From an uncultured delta proteobacterium (GTDB lineage: Bacteria > Desulfobacterota > Desulfuromonadia > Geobacterales > Pseudopelobacteraceae), in assembly GCA_963772835.1 (NCBI GenBank), contig CAVYYZ010000024.1, positions 160,001 to 224,000 on the forward strand: 64,000 nt of DNA. The letters are read 5' to 3'. Each line of letters opens with the position of its first letter. Position 1 is the stretch's first letter. Position numbers and translations under genes: made by a program. The notes under the pieces were generated by a model. The model searched no databases. It saw nothing but the letters and a program-made list of their open reading frames with translations, and had not been told where the DNA came from. Below are positions 32,220 to 42,573 of this stretch, piece by piece.

Positions 32220-35200
32220 AACGCTTTCTGGTATACGGTTCGGTAACATTGCTGCTCAGCATGTTCCTGCTCGGAGAAGTCACGCTGAAGTGGCTGTTCG
32301 TGAGTCCCGACGGGATCAGCTGGCTTCTCCGGGCCGTGTCACAACATACCCGGGTGACGTTGACCGCCCGCACCGTCACCGGCGGCCTCGATTCAGACCT
32401 CCGTCTGGAAGGTTTTTCGGCCCGCTGGCCCGAAGGGGAGCTGACAATTGCTGATCTGCATCTGCGTTGCCAGCCGCTGGTTCTTCCGTTCGGCACCCTG
32501 TCAGTGCAGGAATTGTCGCTTCGGGGGGTACGATTGCGAACTACTGCACCGCCGGGAATCAGTGAACCGGAGTTCATCTGGCCCCGCCTCACCGGCGTTC
32601 CAGCCCGGTTCGCCGCCTGGATTGATCACTTGACTGTCGAGGATTTTTCCTATCAAGACCGAAGTCAGCCGCCGGTCTCTCTCCCCGATTTCTCTGCTGC
32701 CGTTGCCTGGCGCGATTCCCGCGTAAACGTTACCAATCTGTCCATGGCGACGGGTCACGGGTTGATATCCGGCTCTGTCAGTGCAGGTTTCAGTATCCCC
32801 GCGTTAGATTCTCATGTGACATTCGAACCGGTAAAACCGGTCGCCGGCTGTTCCCGTTTTGAACTGCGTACCCGGTTCCAGCCCGGTCAGTCTTTAGAGC
32901 AGGTGGCTGGCGAAGTGACCGTTATCGCGCTGGCGGGAAAAATGACCAGGTACACGCTGAACGGTACGGCCGGGCTGACCCGGAAGGAGCTGAAACTTCA
33001 CGGAGTGACCCTGACCGAAAAAGGTCGGCGCGGCTCGATTCAGGTGGCGGGCACTGTGGCGTTGTCCGGAGAAGCCCGGTTACGAATGACTGCTGCAGAT
33101 CTGGACCTTGCGGCTGAGACGGGCGAAAAAACACCCCTTTCCGGGACAGTCGATCTTGATGTGAAATCAGGACGGTATTCCGGGAGGATGCACCTTGCCA
33201 GCGGCGGAAACGGTTGGCGCAAAACCGCCATTAACGGGCATTTTCAGGGGGATTCTGCAGGTGCTGTCCTCTCAGATATCAATTCTACGGTACTCGGAGG
33301 CACCGTCCGGGGAGGTATCACGGTTGACTGGCGGGACGAACTGAAGGTGAGCGGTGCGCTGAAAGGAAAGGGGCTGGATCCAACCCGATTGGACCCGACG
33401 TGGGACGGGATTGTGAACTTCGAGCTGGACAGTTTTAAAGCCGCCTGGACAGAGGGACGGCTGAAACAGGGGGAAGTGCATGGCAGATTACGGGAAAGCC
33501 GGCTGCGCGGCAAGATGCTCTCCGGGGAGGTGTCCGCTGCACTGGAAGATGATGATCTCAGCATACACACATTGTTTCTGTCCGGCGCCGGATTTGAAAT
33601 TACCGCTGCAGGCATACTCAGTGAGCGCCTGGATGTGGCTGCACGCATCAGCGACCTCTCCGGGCTTGTCCCTCACGCCCGGGGGAAGCTTGAACTCATG
33701 GGATGGGGCCGCTATGCATCAGGACGGTTCAGTGGCGCTGTTGCCGGCCTTGGTCACGAACTGGCGTCTGCCGGCGTCCGGATCGACTCGGCCCGGCTGA
33801 ACGGACGCCTGGATGCCGGGGTGCAGCGCTCTGTAACGGCTGCCGCAGAGATGACCGGTGTGACGTATCGCGGAGTGCGGGCTGACTCCGCTTCTCTGAA
33901 TGTTGCCGGATCGCTGGACCGCCACCAGGTGACTCTGGCGCTCCGGTCTGGCGGCGACGGGATCAAGGCGGCGGCTTCCGGCGGGTATGCCGATGGGATA
34001 TGGCAGGGGCAACTGACCGACTTTTCAGTTCATGGCGGGGGCGTCCCCATCCGTCTTGCCGCCCCTGCTTCGCTGACAATTTCGCCCCGCGCCGTCTCGA
34101 TCACCCCGCTGATGTTGACAGGGTCGCCGGCAGAGCGGGTCGAGATTGCCGGTCAGCTGCTCCTGCAGCCGCTACGCGGGTCGGCACAGGCTGCCTGGGT
34201 CGGGCTTGACCTGGCCAGGGCCGGACGGTGGCTCGTGGATACCCGGGTTGCGGGGCAGAGCTCCGGCTCCCTGCGACTGGAGGTGCCCTCAACTGGCCGG
34301 CCGATTCTGAACGGGACGGTGTCGGCCTCCGGGACAGTGACGCAGGGACCCCGGACTGTGACTATCAACAGGGCGCTTCTCGATCTGGATGCGGGTGAGC
34401 GTGGGACCACTGCCACACTGGAATGTAAAACCGGAGAGGGCGTCACCGTCACAGGCCGTTTTGCCTCCCACGACCCGGCTACCCTGGCCATCCCGTCCCA
34501 CGGAGATCTGCAGGCGTCATGGTCCGGGCTGGATGCGTCACTGGCCAAGCGCTGGCTCCCGCAGGGGATCGATCTTCAGGGACAAATCTCCGGGGAAATC
34601 TCAGGAAAAATCCTGCCTGAGCAGCGCTTCGATCTCAACGGGACGGTGACTCTGACCGATGGTGGAGGGAGCTGGCAGGAGGGAGGACGGGAACTGGCCG
34701 CAACGGTACGGACCGCAGGACTCACCTGGAACTGGCGGGGCGACTCCCTGACCGGGGCGCTTTCGCTTTCTCTGACAAAGTCCGGCGACGCCCGGGGAAG
34801 TTTCCAGCTGCCGCTGCCGGCGCGTTTCGGCGCAACCTTCGATCCGGCCGGTCGGGTCAAGGGAACTCTGAACGGCAGGTTCCACGAGAGGGGACTCCTC
34901 ACGACTCTCTTTCCCGGGCTGATCCAGGAATCCAGAGGGGAGCTGGAGTTCAATGTTCTGGCCGGAGGGACCTGGCAGACACCAACAATGACCGGGACAG
35001 TGGAGTTGGCCGGGGCAGGGGCCTATCTCCCCGCTGCCGGGATCCGCCTAACGGATATACGGATGGTCGCCCGTCTCGTAGATGATCAGGTGAAGATCGA
35101 ATCATTCCGGATGACGTCCGGTTCCGGTTCGCTGGAGGGAACCGCAGTGCTGAGCCTTGCCGGGAAAAAGCTGGCCGGGTACCGAGGCACATTGCACGGG

Positions 35201-36196
35201 GAGCGTTTTCAGGCGGTACATCTTCCTGAGCTGCAGCTCATAGTAACCCCTGATCTCACCTTTGAGGGTAACCTGCATACATTCTCCGCCCGGGGTGTGA
35301 TACGGATTCCGGAAATGCTGGTGAACAGTCTGAGCTCCTCAGCGGAGATCAAGCCGAGCCGCGATGTGGTGCTGAAAGGAGACGGCGGTGCAGTGGCCAA
35401 ACCGGCCGCAACATTGCTGGACCTTGAGCTTCAGCTGCTACTCGGTGATAAGGTTGTTGTCAAGGCCCAGGGCCTTGATGCCCGGCTTGGAGGGGAGGTC
35501 ACTCTTCGGATGACCGGCCCTTCATCCGTCACCGGGCGTGGTGAGATCAGGGTGGTAAAGGGAATGTATCGAATATACGGGGCTAACCTGGATATCAAGC
35601 GGGGACGGGCACTATTTTCCGGAGGGGCGGTGGAGCGGCCGACACTTGATATTCTGGCGTTGCGCACGGTGGACTCGGTTAAGGCAGGTGTGACGGTTAC
35701 CGGAACTCCTGAAGCGCCGTTGATAAGACTCTATTCCGAACCGGCACTTCCAGATACTGATATCCTGTCATATATCGTTCTCGGCCGCAGTATGAAAGAA
35801 AGCGGGAACCAGAATGCCGCTCTGATGGAGGCCGCGGTGCTGCTCACATCTTCAGACACGTCACCGGGTCTTCAGGAACAGATCAAACAGCTGGTAAACC
35901 TCGATACCCTTACGTTCAGTTCCGGCAAGGACAAGAGCCCAGGATACAAAACCATCGAGCCGTCGCTGCGAAGCAACACCCAGAGCAAAACGGAGACCGG
36001 GGGCGTCTCGGATACCATGCTTCAGCTCGGAAAATATCTGACTCCCAAGCTCTATGTCAGCTACGGAAAGTCACTGTTTGACAACAGCCAGCAGTTCCGC
36101 GCCCGATATTCGATCAGTAAAAAGTGGGAGGTCGAGTCCAAGTTCAGTACAACGGCTACCGGCGGAGACCTGTATTACCTGATCGAACTGGATTGA
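32216..36196 (+). CDS. tamB: Translocation and assembly module inner-membrane subunit (DUF490)
   Basis: N-terminal TM anchor, long beta-rich repeats, LYSEPALPDTDILSYIVLGR, LGKYLTPKLYVSYG, GGDLYYLIE. Confidence 0.9.
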   Translation: MKRFLVYGSVTLLLSMFLLGEVTLKWLFVSPDGISWLLRAVSQHTRVTLTARTVTGGLDSDLRLEGFSARWPEGELTIADLHLRCQPLVLPFGTLSVQELSLRGVRLRTTAPPGISEPEFIWPRLTGVPARFAAWIDHLTVEDFSYQDRSQPPVSLPDFSAAVAWRDSRVNVTNLSMATGHGLISGSVSAGFSIPALDSHVTFEPVKPVAGCSRFELRTRFQPGQSLEQVAGEVTVIALAGKMTRYTLNGTAGLTRKELKLHGVTLTEKGRRGSIQVAGTVALSGEARLRMTAADLDLAAETGEKTPLSGTVDLDVKSGRYSGRMHLASGGNGWRKTAINGHFQGDSAGAVLSDINSTVLGGTVRGGITVDWRDELKVSGALKGKGLDPTRLDPTWDGIVNFELDSFKAAWTEGRLKQGEVHGRLRESRLRGKMLSGEVSAALEDDDLSIHTLFLSGAGFEITAAGILSERLDVAARISDLSGLVPHARGKLELMGWGRYASGRFSGAVAGLGHELASAGVRIDSARLNGRLDAGVQRSVTAAAEMTGVTYRGVRADSASLNVAGSLDRHQVTLALRSGGDGIKAAASGGYADGIWQGQLTDFSVHGGGVPIRLAAPASLTISPRAVSITPLMLTGSPAERVEIAGQLLLQPLRGSAQAAWVGLDLARAGRWLVDTRVAGQSSGSLRLEVPSTGRPILNGTVSASGTVTQGPRTVTINRALLDLDAGERGTTATLECKTGEGVTVTGRFASHDPATLAIPSHGDLQASWSGLDASLAKRWLPQGIDLQGQISGEISGKILPEQRFDLNGTVTLTDGGGSWQEGGRELAATVRTAGLTWNWRGDSLTGALSLSLTKSGDARGSFQLPLPARFGATFDPAGRVKGTLNGRFHERGLLTTLFPGLIQESRGELEFNVLAGGTWQTPTMTGTVELAGAGAYLPAAGIRLTDIRMVARLVDDQVKIESFRMTSGSGSLEGTAVLSLAGKKLAGYRGTLHGERFQAVHLPELQLIVTPDLTFEGNLHTFSARGVIRIPEMLVNSLSSSAEIKPSRDVVLKGDGGAVAKPAATLLDLELQLLLGDKVVVKAQGLDARLGGEVTLRMTGPSSVTGRGEIRVVKGMYRIYGANLDIKRGRALFSGGAVERPTLDILALRTVDSVKAGVTVTGTPEAPLIRLYSEPALPDTDILSYIVLGRSMKESGNQNAALMEAAVLLTSSDTSPGLQEQIKQLVNLDTLTFSSGKDKSPGYKTIEPSLRSNTQSKTETGGVSDTMLQLGKYLTPKLYVSYGKSLFDNSQQFRARYSISKKWEVESKFSTTATGGDLYYLIELD

Positions 36197-36307
36197 GCCG
36201 GACAACGGCCTATCTGTTTCCGGTGGCGGGTCCGGCGCCTGCATCCCCTCAACCCACCGGGTCGGAGTGCGGCGGGGTGAACTGAACACTGCCCGCCGGC
36301 CGGATTG

Positions 36308-36835
36308 CTACTCCAGTTCTTCCCCGACTTCTTCCATCTCTCTCGCGATCTCCTTCAGAGCTTCATCCTTGCGTCTGAAAAACATCACCAGCCAGTAACA
36401 GATGAAGTAGGCTGCTCCTGCCGCCAGAAATCCGATAACAGAGCTTCCCAGCAGGATCGATTTGGCGTACGGCTGGAGACTGTGCCAATCAAGATTCGTG
36501 AAGGTGAACGCTCCACGGGCCGGTTTGCCCTGCATGAACCTGCCCAGTTTGTAGCTGGCCACCAGAATAGGCACCATCGTCAGCGGTGTGTTGACCCAGG
36601 CGCCGGTAATACAGGTGACTTTGTTGAGACGGAAGATGAATGCCAGAGCGATGGCCAGAGGTGTATGTAAACCGAAGAAGGGGGTGAAACTGACAAAAAC
36701 ACCCACGGCGAAACCGGCGGAAATGTGACCGGGGTGGGCATCCAGTGAAAGTATTTTTTTGAATTGAAGCTTTAGCTTGTCAAGAGATATCACGGAGGCC
36801 TCGCTTGGCGGCCACTTTACGATTTTGCGGTCCAT
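36308..36835 (-). CDS. DUF2062 membrane protein
   Basis: HPGHISAGFAVGVFVSFTPFFGLHT...RLNK...GAWVNTPLT. Confidence 0.85.
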   Translation of the reverse strand: MDRKIVKWPPSEASVISLDKLKLQFKKILSLDAHPGHISAGFAVGVFVSFTPFFGLHTPLAIALAFIFRLNKVTCITGAWVNTPLTMVPILVASYKLGRFMQGKPARGAFTFTNLDWHSLQPYAKSILLGSSVIGFLAAGAAYFICYWLVMFFRRKDEALKEIAREMEEVGEELE

Positions 36836-36997
36836 GTTGTCAATTTATTAGACTTCACGACCTCGTCCATCTCTGATATAACACCGATTCAAAGAGACGG
36901 AACAGTCTTTGCCGCCACAGAACGTGCCGCCAGGACATAACTCCCGGCTTAAAATGAGAACGAGCCGGATACATACGTACGACTGGACCTGATCAGC

Positions 36998-39094
36998 ATG
37001 ATATCCCGCCAAAAACTGCAGCGTATTGCATTTATTTCACTGGCTTCGCTGCTGTTGTCTGCGCTTACCCTTACGCCTCTCTGTACCAACTTTGAGCTGA
37101 AGACCTATGATCTGCTCTCCCGAATGCTTAATCCGGACAGGGGGGCGCCGGAAATACTCGTTGTGCAGGTTGACCAGTCCAGCCTGGACAATCTTGCCGC
37201 AGAAGGTGTCACCTGGCCCTGGCCGCGGCAGATTTACGCACCGCTGTTTGAACGTCTGTCACTGGCAGACGCGGTTTTTGTTGATATCATCTTCTCCGAG
37301 CCATCTTCATATGGGAACGAAGATGACATCATCCTCGCAGCCTCGATCGAAAAAGCCGGCAATGTCATTCTGCCGCTGTTCGTCACGGCAAACAAAAGAG
37401 CGCTCGATGAAGCCGGCCGGACCTTTCTGGAGAAAGTTTCGGTGAGGTGTGCCGCAGATTCCGGACGGTCCCTGCCGTTTGTCATTACCCCCGTTTCGCC
37501 TCTCGCCTCTGCTGCCCACGGAGGTGGGAATGTTATGATCCGGCCGGACAGAGATGGTGTCTACCGGCGTACCCCTCTTCTGTTTCAGGCTGCCGACTTC
37601 ACCCTGCCGCATTTTGTACTGGGCCACCTACTGGAAAATAAGAGCATAACAATCGACCGGGACCGTCTGATGCGGGACGGGTCTGCGCTTCCCCTCGATC
37701 GGGGAGGGTTGATGGTGCGTTTTCCTCGGGGCGCCCGTCCATACGAAACCGTTCCTGCCGTCGATCTAATCAGTGAAGCCGGATCCAGGCGGTATCCTGC
37801 ATCATATTTCAAGGGAAAGAAAGTCCTCCTCGGTCTGACCGCCGCCGGATTGTACGATCTCAAACCGACTGCGGTTTCGGCGGTAAGTTCGGGGGTGTCA
37901 ATCCACGCTGCCACTCTGGATGCCCTGCTCCATGGCGGTTACCTGAGGCGGGTCCCGGATGCCGCGCTTCTGCTGTTCATGTCCCTTATAGTGACGGGCG
38001 TCTGCTGGTTCGTACTGACACATACCGCCATGCTTCCAAACCTGTTTCTACTGCTGGCGATGTCGTGTGTGGCATCAGGGATTCCGGCTGTGCTGTTTGC
38101 GGGGGGGTGGTATCTGGCGGTGATCCCGTCACTGGGCGCTCTGCTGATCTCGTTTGCCGCAGCCTCAATCTACAGCTATGCCACGGAAGGGAGGGAGAGG
38201 AGATTCATCCGGCGTACGTTTTCCCAGTATATGGATGAGACGATCGTCGCACATCTGCTGAAAAATCCGGATCTGATCAAACCGGGTGGCCAGCGGAGCA
38301 GGGTGACGGTCTTTTTTGCAGATATTGCCGGCTTTACGACCATCGCCGAGCGGTTCCCGCCTGAAGAAACAGCACTCATTCTGCATAATGTCCTGAATGC
38401 CGTCAGCGAGGAAGTCATCAGAAATCACGGCGTGATCGACAAATATATCGGCGATTGCGTGATGGCCTTCTGGGGTGCGCCGTTGAAGTCACCTCAGGCT
38501 GCCGGTGACGCCTGCCGTGCGGCTCTTGGTTCCCTCGAAGCGCTGGAGCGGGTCAATGCCGATTTTGAGGTTCGCGGTCTGGGAGCAATCTCCATGCGCG
38601 TCGGGCTGCATACCGGTGATGCCATTATCGGCAATCTGGGGAGCGACCGGCTCTTTGATTATACGGTTGTGGGCGACACGGTCAATCTGGCATCCCGTCT
38701 CGAATCCGCCAATAAATTCTTTTCCACCCGTATCATGCTGAGCGAAGAAACTGTGCGGGAAGCCGGTGACGGATTTATTCTGCGCGAACTCGGCCTGATC
38801 GCCGTCAAGGGAAAGGTTCAACCGGTCCGGATATATGAACTGCTCTCCCGAAAGGAAAACGCTCCGGAACCACTCATCACGTGGGTTGAAAAATATACCC
38901 GTGCCATTGAGCTGTTTCACCGGCGAGAATGGCAGCCTGCAGGGGAGCTTTTTGAAATGGTACTATTGTTAAAGCCCGAGGATGGGCCTGCAGTGTATTA
39001 TCGGGACTGGTGCCGTCAGTGCCAGGAATTTTCTCCCGGTACATCTTCACTCTTGACTGACGATTGGAATGTAGTGCATATGAAAGAGAAATGA
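36998..39094 (+). CDS. CHASE2-domain class III adenylate/guanylate cyclase with C-terminal TPR-like tail
   Basis: CHASE2 (ELKTYD, WPWPRQ, DRDGVYRR, GVSIHA), 3 TM helices, FADIAGFT, DKYIGDCVMAFWGAP, DYTVVGDTVNLASRLESAN, VKGK. Lys/Asp specificity residues favour adenylate. Confidence 0.93.
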   Translation: MISRQKLQRIAFISLASLLLSALTLTPLCTNFELKTYDLLSRMLNPDRGAPEILVVQVDQSSLDNLAAEGVTWPWPRQIYAPLFERLSLADAVFVDIIFSEPSSYGNEDDIILAASIEKAGNVILPLFVTANKRALDEAGRTFLEKVSVRCAADSGRSLPFVITPVSPLASAAHGGGNVMIRPDRDGVYRRTPLLFQAADFTLPHFVLGHLLENKSITIDRDRLMRDGSALPLDRGGLMVRFPRGARPYETVPAVDLISEAGSRRYPASYFKGKKVLLGLTAAGLYDLKPTAVSAVSSGVSIHAATLDALLHGGYLRRVPDAALLLFMSLIVTGVCWFVLTHTAMLPNLFLLLAMSCVASGIPAVLFAGGWYLAVIPSLGALLISFAAASIYSYATEGRERRFIRRTFSQYMDETIVAHLLKNPDLIKPGGQRSRVTVFFADIAGFTTIAERFPPEETALILHNVLNAVSEEVIRNHGVIDKYIGDCVMAFWGAPLKSPQAAGDACRAALGSLEALERVNADFEVRGLGAISMRVGLHTGDAIIGNLGSDRLFDYTVVGDTVNLASRLESANKFFSTRIMLSEETVREAGDGFILRELGLIAVKGKVQPVRIYELLSRKENAPEPLITWVEKYTRAIELFHRREWQPAGELFEMVLLLKPEDGPAVYYRDWCRQCQEFSPGTSSLLTDDWNVVHMKEK

Positions 39095-39549
39095 AAACAG
39101 CCCTGATTGCCATACTGCTCTGCAGCCTCCCATGCCAGGCTATGACCGCGGAAACCGTCCAGGTTACGACGCGCGAAAATGCCGTGCGGAATGAGTGCCG
39201 TTTTTTTGCGCCGGTTAAGCTGAAAGTGGTGCTGGGTGATCGTCTGGATGTGAGCGGTCGCAAGGGGGACTGGTATCTGGTGAGCGCCAGAGGTGTCAGC
39301 GGCTGCATACACAAAAGTGCCGTCGAATCCCGTAATTTTTCATCATCAGGCCGCGGGGCTGCGACCGGCGCGGCTTCGACCGATGAAGTCTCGCTTGCGG
39401 GGAAGGGATTCAATCCTCAGGTTGAGGCCGGGTATCGCGCCTCCGGCAAGGACCTGAACTATGACGCGGTTGACGAGATCGGCCGCCTGACAGTCAGCGA
39501 AAAAAGTCTTGAATCATTCATAAAGCAGGGTGGGCTGATTCAGCCATGA
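39091..39549 (+). CDS. Exported SH3b-like domain protein
   Basis: Signal peptide, LGDRLDVSGRKGDWYLVSARGVSGCIH, tail DEVSLAGKGFNPQVE. ATGA-coupled to the cyclase. Confidence 0.8.
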   Translation: MKTALIAILLCSLPCQAMTAETVQVTTRENAVRNECRFFAPVKLKVVLGDRLDVSGRKGDWYLVSARGVSGCIHKSAVESRNFSSSGRGAATGAASTDEVSLAGKGFNPQVEAGYRASGKDLNYDAVDEIGRLTVSEKSLESFIKQGGLIQP

Positions 39550-40439
39550 GAACCGGACTCCCTACAGCTGCCGCCGGCAGGATTATCCTGACAGCGCTGC
39601 TTTGTCTGCTGCCTGGCGGGTGCAAAGTAAGCGATCTTTCCCTGAATGATCTTACTTCGGAGCGGATAGGTATGATTACCTCATCGGCCCAGAGCATCAG
39701 CAAGGCAGCCCGGCCGTTATCCGAGGATGAAGAGTATTACGTAGGGAGGGCTGTGGCGGCACGTATAACCTCAACATATCCGCTCTACCGCAACTCCCGC
39801 CAGACTGAGTACCTCAATCTGATCGGTCAATCACTGGTGCTCCATACGGAAAAACCCACCACCTTCGGCGGTTATCGCTTCGCACTGCTGGATTCTCCCG
39901 AGATCAATGCCTTTGCCTGTCCCGGCGGGATAATCCTCATCACCAGAGGTATGATTGCGTCGGTGAAGAGTGAAGACGAACTTGCTGCGGTACTTGCCCA
40001 TGAAATAGCTCATATCATTCATCGTGACGGAGTCTCGGCCATTCAGTCGTCGCGCTGGAGCGAGGCTGTGCTTGTCATCGGTGCAAACGCTGCAAAGGAA
40101 TTCGGACCTAAGGACACAGCCAAACTTGTGTCTCTTTTCGAAGGTTCCATTGACGATGTGGTCAAGACGCTGGTGGTCAACGGGTACGGCAGGGAACAGG
40201 AAAAAGAAGCTGATGTGGCCGCTCTTGGCTACCTTGCCGCTGCGGGCTACAATCCACAGGGACTGACCGGATACCTGTCACGACTCGAGCAGGCGGGGCG
40301 GGGTTCAAAGGGCGGCATCCTGACAACACACCCCGGAACGGATGAACGGCTGGAAAACATCCACCGGATAAAAACGGAATCAACGCATACATCAACACAA
40401 TCCCGCCGTACGAAACGCTTTGCCGACATGAAACGCTGA
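39546..40439 (+). CDS. M48 family zinc metallopeptidase (probable lipoprotein)
   Basis: LPGGC lipobox-like, INAFACPGG, ELAAVLAHEIAH, YGREQEKEAD, THP...ERL. ATGA-coupled. Confidence 0.9.
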   Translation: MRTGLPTAAAGRIILTALLCLLPGGCKVSDLSLNDLTSERIGMITSSAQSISKAARPLSEDEEYYVGRAVAARITSTYPLYRNSRQTEYLNLIGQSLVLHTEKPTTFGGYRFALLDSPEINAFACPGGIILITRGMIASVKSEDELAAVLAHEIAHIIHRDGVSAIQSSRWSEAVLVIGANAAKEFGPKDTAKLVSLFEGSIDDVVKTLVVNGYGREQEKEADVAALGYLAAAGYNPQGLTGYLSRLEQAGRGSKGGILTTHPGTDERLENIHRIKTESTHTSTQSRRTKRFADMKR

Positions 40440-40463
40440 GCTGCGAATACGGTACATACGCTC

Positions 40464-40500
40464 AAAAGCCCCGCAACGCATCTCGCGATCGGGGCTTTTT
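40464..40500 (+). terminator. Terminator of the cyclase-SH3-M48 operon
   Basis: AAAAGCCCCG...CGGGGCTTTTT. Confidence 0.7.
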
Positions 40501-40592
40501 AATTTCCTGTATTCCCAGCCATCTATTATTTATGTCTTCACTGGCAGATTAATCTCTGTTATAAGACGGATATATTCGAGTCGGAGGTTGGT

Positions 40593-41543
40593 ATGTACCT
40601 GATAAAGTATCTTGCGGCAGTTTTTTTTCTTCTCATGGTCATGAGCCGGCCCTCGCCGGCTGCCACAGATACCTGTTCGTTTTCTACAAGTGTGACAGAG
40701 GGGGGGACGACCTTCGACATCATCAGTCACCCGGCAATCGGCTGTGCCGTGCAGATCGTCAAGGTGTCGGCGCGGCGCGGCGGCAAGAGGATTGCCAGCG
40801 TGAAGGCCGACGTTGATTATCTGGCCCGGTCTGTCCAGGCGGCTGATCTGACCGGTGACGGGAAACCGGAGCTGGCTATAATCAGCCGGCCGATGGAAGA
40901 GGCGGCATCCGAGGCACTGGACATCTACTGGCTGGACGGCAAGACCCTCCGCCGGGCAAAGGTGCCGGCACTCGAAGAAAACAGCGGGTACAGAGGCGGA
41001 GACCGTTATCGGCTGGATGGCACCCTGATCGTCCGTACCATACCGGTTTATCGCGATGGCGACCCTGCCGGAAAACCGTCAGGCGGGACCCATGTACTGA
41101 AGTACGAATTCGGGAAGGGGGCGTTAACTCTGTATGTTCAGCTAGAAAAAGCGCCGCTGCTTTCGGGCGAAGCCGGAGTACAAAGCGCCCCGCTGCCCAC
41201 GACCCCTGCAGTAGAGGCGAAACCGGCGGATTCGTCTGCTGCCGGAGTTGTCATTACCGGTGTATCGGTGAGTGATGCGGGGATTGAAATCAGTACTAAC
41301 AGTGCATCTGCGAAATATAAGACCACCGGACTGGACAAACCCGGACGGATCGTCATCGACTTTCCCGGCGCAGAATCATCCCTCGCCGGGAAAAAAATTG
41401 CGATCAACCGGTTCAACATCACCCGGGCGAGGATCGGGCGCAACAAAGGGTTCCTGCGGGTAGTCCTGGACACTGCTCTCAGCACGTTTCCGAAGTACGA
41501 AATGAGTACTTCCGGCAGCAGCATACTCATAAAATTTACCTAA
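40593..41543 (+). CDS. Exported protein: PliI-like N-terminal domain plus C-terminal AMIN domain
   Basis: ADLTGDGKPEL, GYRGGDRY.L....VRTIPVYRDGD...KPSGG. C-terminal LDKPGRIVIDFPGA...RARIG....LRVVLD is an AMIN pattern. Confidence 0.7.
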   Translation: MYLIKYLAAVFFLLMVMSRPSPAATDTCSFSTSVTEGGTTFDIISHPAIGCAVQIVKVSARRGGKRIASVKADVDYLARSVQAADLTGDGKPELAIISRPMEEAASEALDIYWLDGKTLRRAKVPALEENSGYRGGDRYRLDGTLIVRTIPVYRDGDPAGKPSGGTHVLKYEFGKGALTLYVQLEKAPLLSGEAGVQSAPLPTTPAVEAKPADSSAAGVVITGVSVSDAGIEISTNSASAKYKTTGLDKPGRIVIDFPGAESSLAGKKIAINRFNITRARIGRNKGFLRVVLDTALSTFPKYEMSTSGSSILIKFT

Positions 41544-41568
41544 CGGCATCGAGAAGGGAATTGACGGC

Positions 41569-42432
41569 ATGGGCGAAACAACCATCGGCGTAATCGGAGG
41601 CAGCGGCCTCTATGACATGGAGGGGTTGGAGCAGGTTGATCGGGTAACAATTGATACGCCCTTCGGCGACCCGTCAGACCAGTATGTCACCGGGGTGTTG
41701 AACGGCGTGAAAATGGTGTTTCTTCCCCGACACGGTCGAGGTCACCGCCTCCTCCCGTCGGAAGTCAACTACCGTGCAAACATTTACGGTATGAAGACGC
41801 TTGGAGTGGAGCATATTATCTCGGTTTCTGCCGTCGGGAGCCTGAAAGATGCCATCGCTCCGGGGCATATTGTTATTCCGGATCAGTTCATCGACCGTAC
41901 GAAAGGTATCAGAAAGGATACATTTTTCGGCGACGGGATCGTTGCCCATGCCGGTTTTGCCGATCCTGTCTGCGGCGATCTTTCCAACACGCTTTTCACC
42001 GCTGCCCGGAAAGCCGGAGCGACAACCCACAAAGGCGGTACCTACATCTGCATGGAAGGGCCGGCCTTTTCGACCCGGGCAGAATCATTTTCCTACCTGG
42101 CGCTGGGTGCCTCAGTGATCGGCATGACGAATCTGACCGAGGCCAAGTTGGCCCGTGAGGCCGAGATCTGCTACGGCATCATCGCGCTTTCAACAGACTA
42201 TGACTGCTGGCACGACTCACACGATGATGTGACGGTGGAAGCGATCATCAAGATCATTCACCAGAATGTGGCGATGGCAAAAAACATCATCCGTCATGCG
42301 GTTGCGGAAATCAGAGGTGAACGCACCTGCTCCTGCGGTAGCGCAATGCAGTATGCCGTCATAACGGACCGGTCGGTTATTCCAGAAACCACCAGGTTGA
42401 AGCTTGCACCGCTTATCGGGAAGTATCTGTAG
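41569..42432 (+). CDS. mtnP: S-methyl-5'-thioadenosine phosphorylase
   Basis: IGGSGLY, PRHGRGH, NYRANI, MEGPAFSTRAES, GMT, TDYDCW. Confidence 0.95.
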   Translation: MGETTIGVIGGSGLYDMEGLEQVDRVTIDTPFGDPSDQYVTGVLNGVKMVFLPRHGRGHRLLPSEVNYRANIYGMKTLGVEHIISVSAVGSLKDAIAPGHIVIPDQFIDRTKGIRKDTFFGDGIVAHAGFADPVCGDLSNTLFTAARKAGATTHKGGTYICMEGPAFSTRAESFSYLALGASVIGMTNLTEAKLAREAEICYGIIALSTDYDCWHDSHDDVTVEAIIKIIHQNVAMAKNIIRHAVAEIRGERTCSCGSAMQYAVITDRSVIPETTRLKLAPLIGKYL

Positions 42433-42573
42433 CGGAGGAATGACAGATAACGACGCGGGAGACGATCAGGCGTTATCTCGGTCGGGTGCTTCCTTCTTGT
42501 CGGAACCACGCCTTTTTTCGCTTCTCCTTTCAAGTACAGAACCGGGCCGGAGACGTACCTCACCCATTATTCT

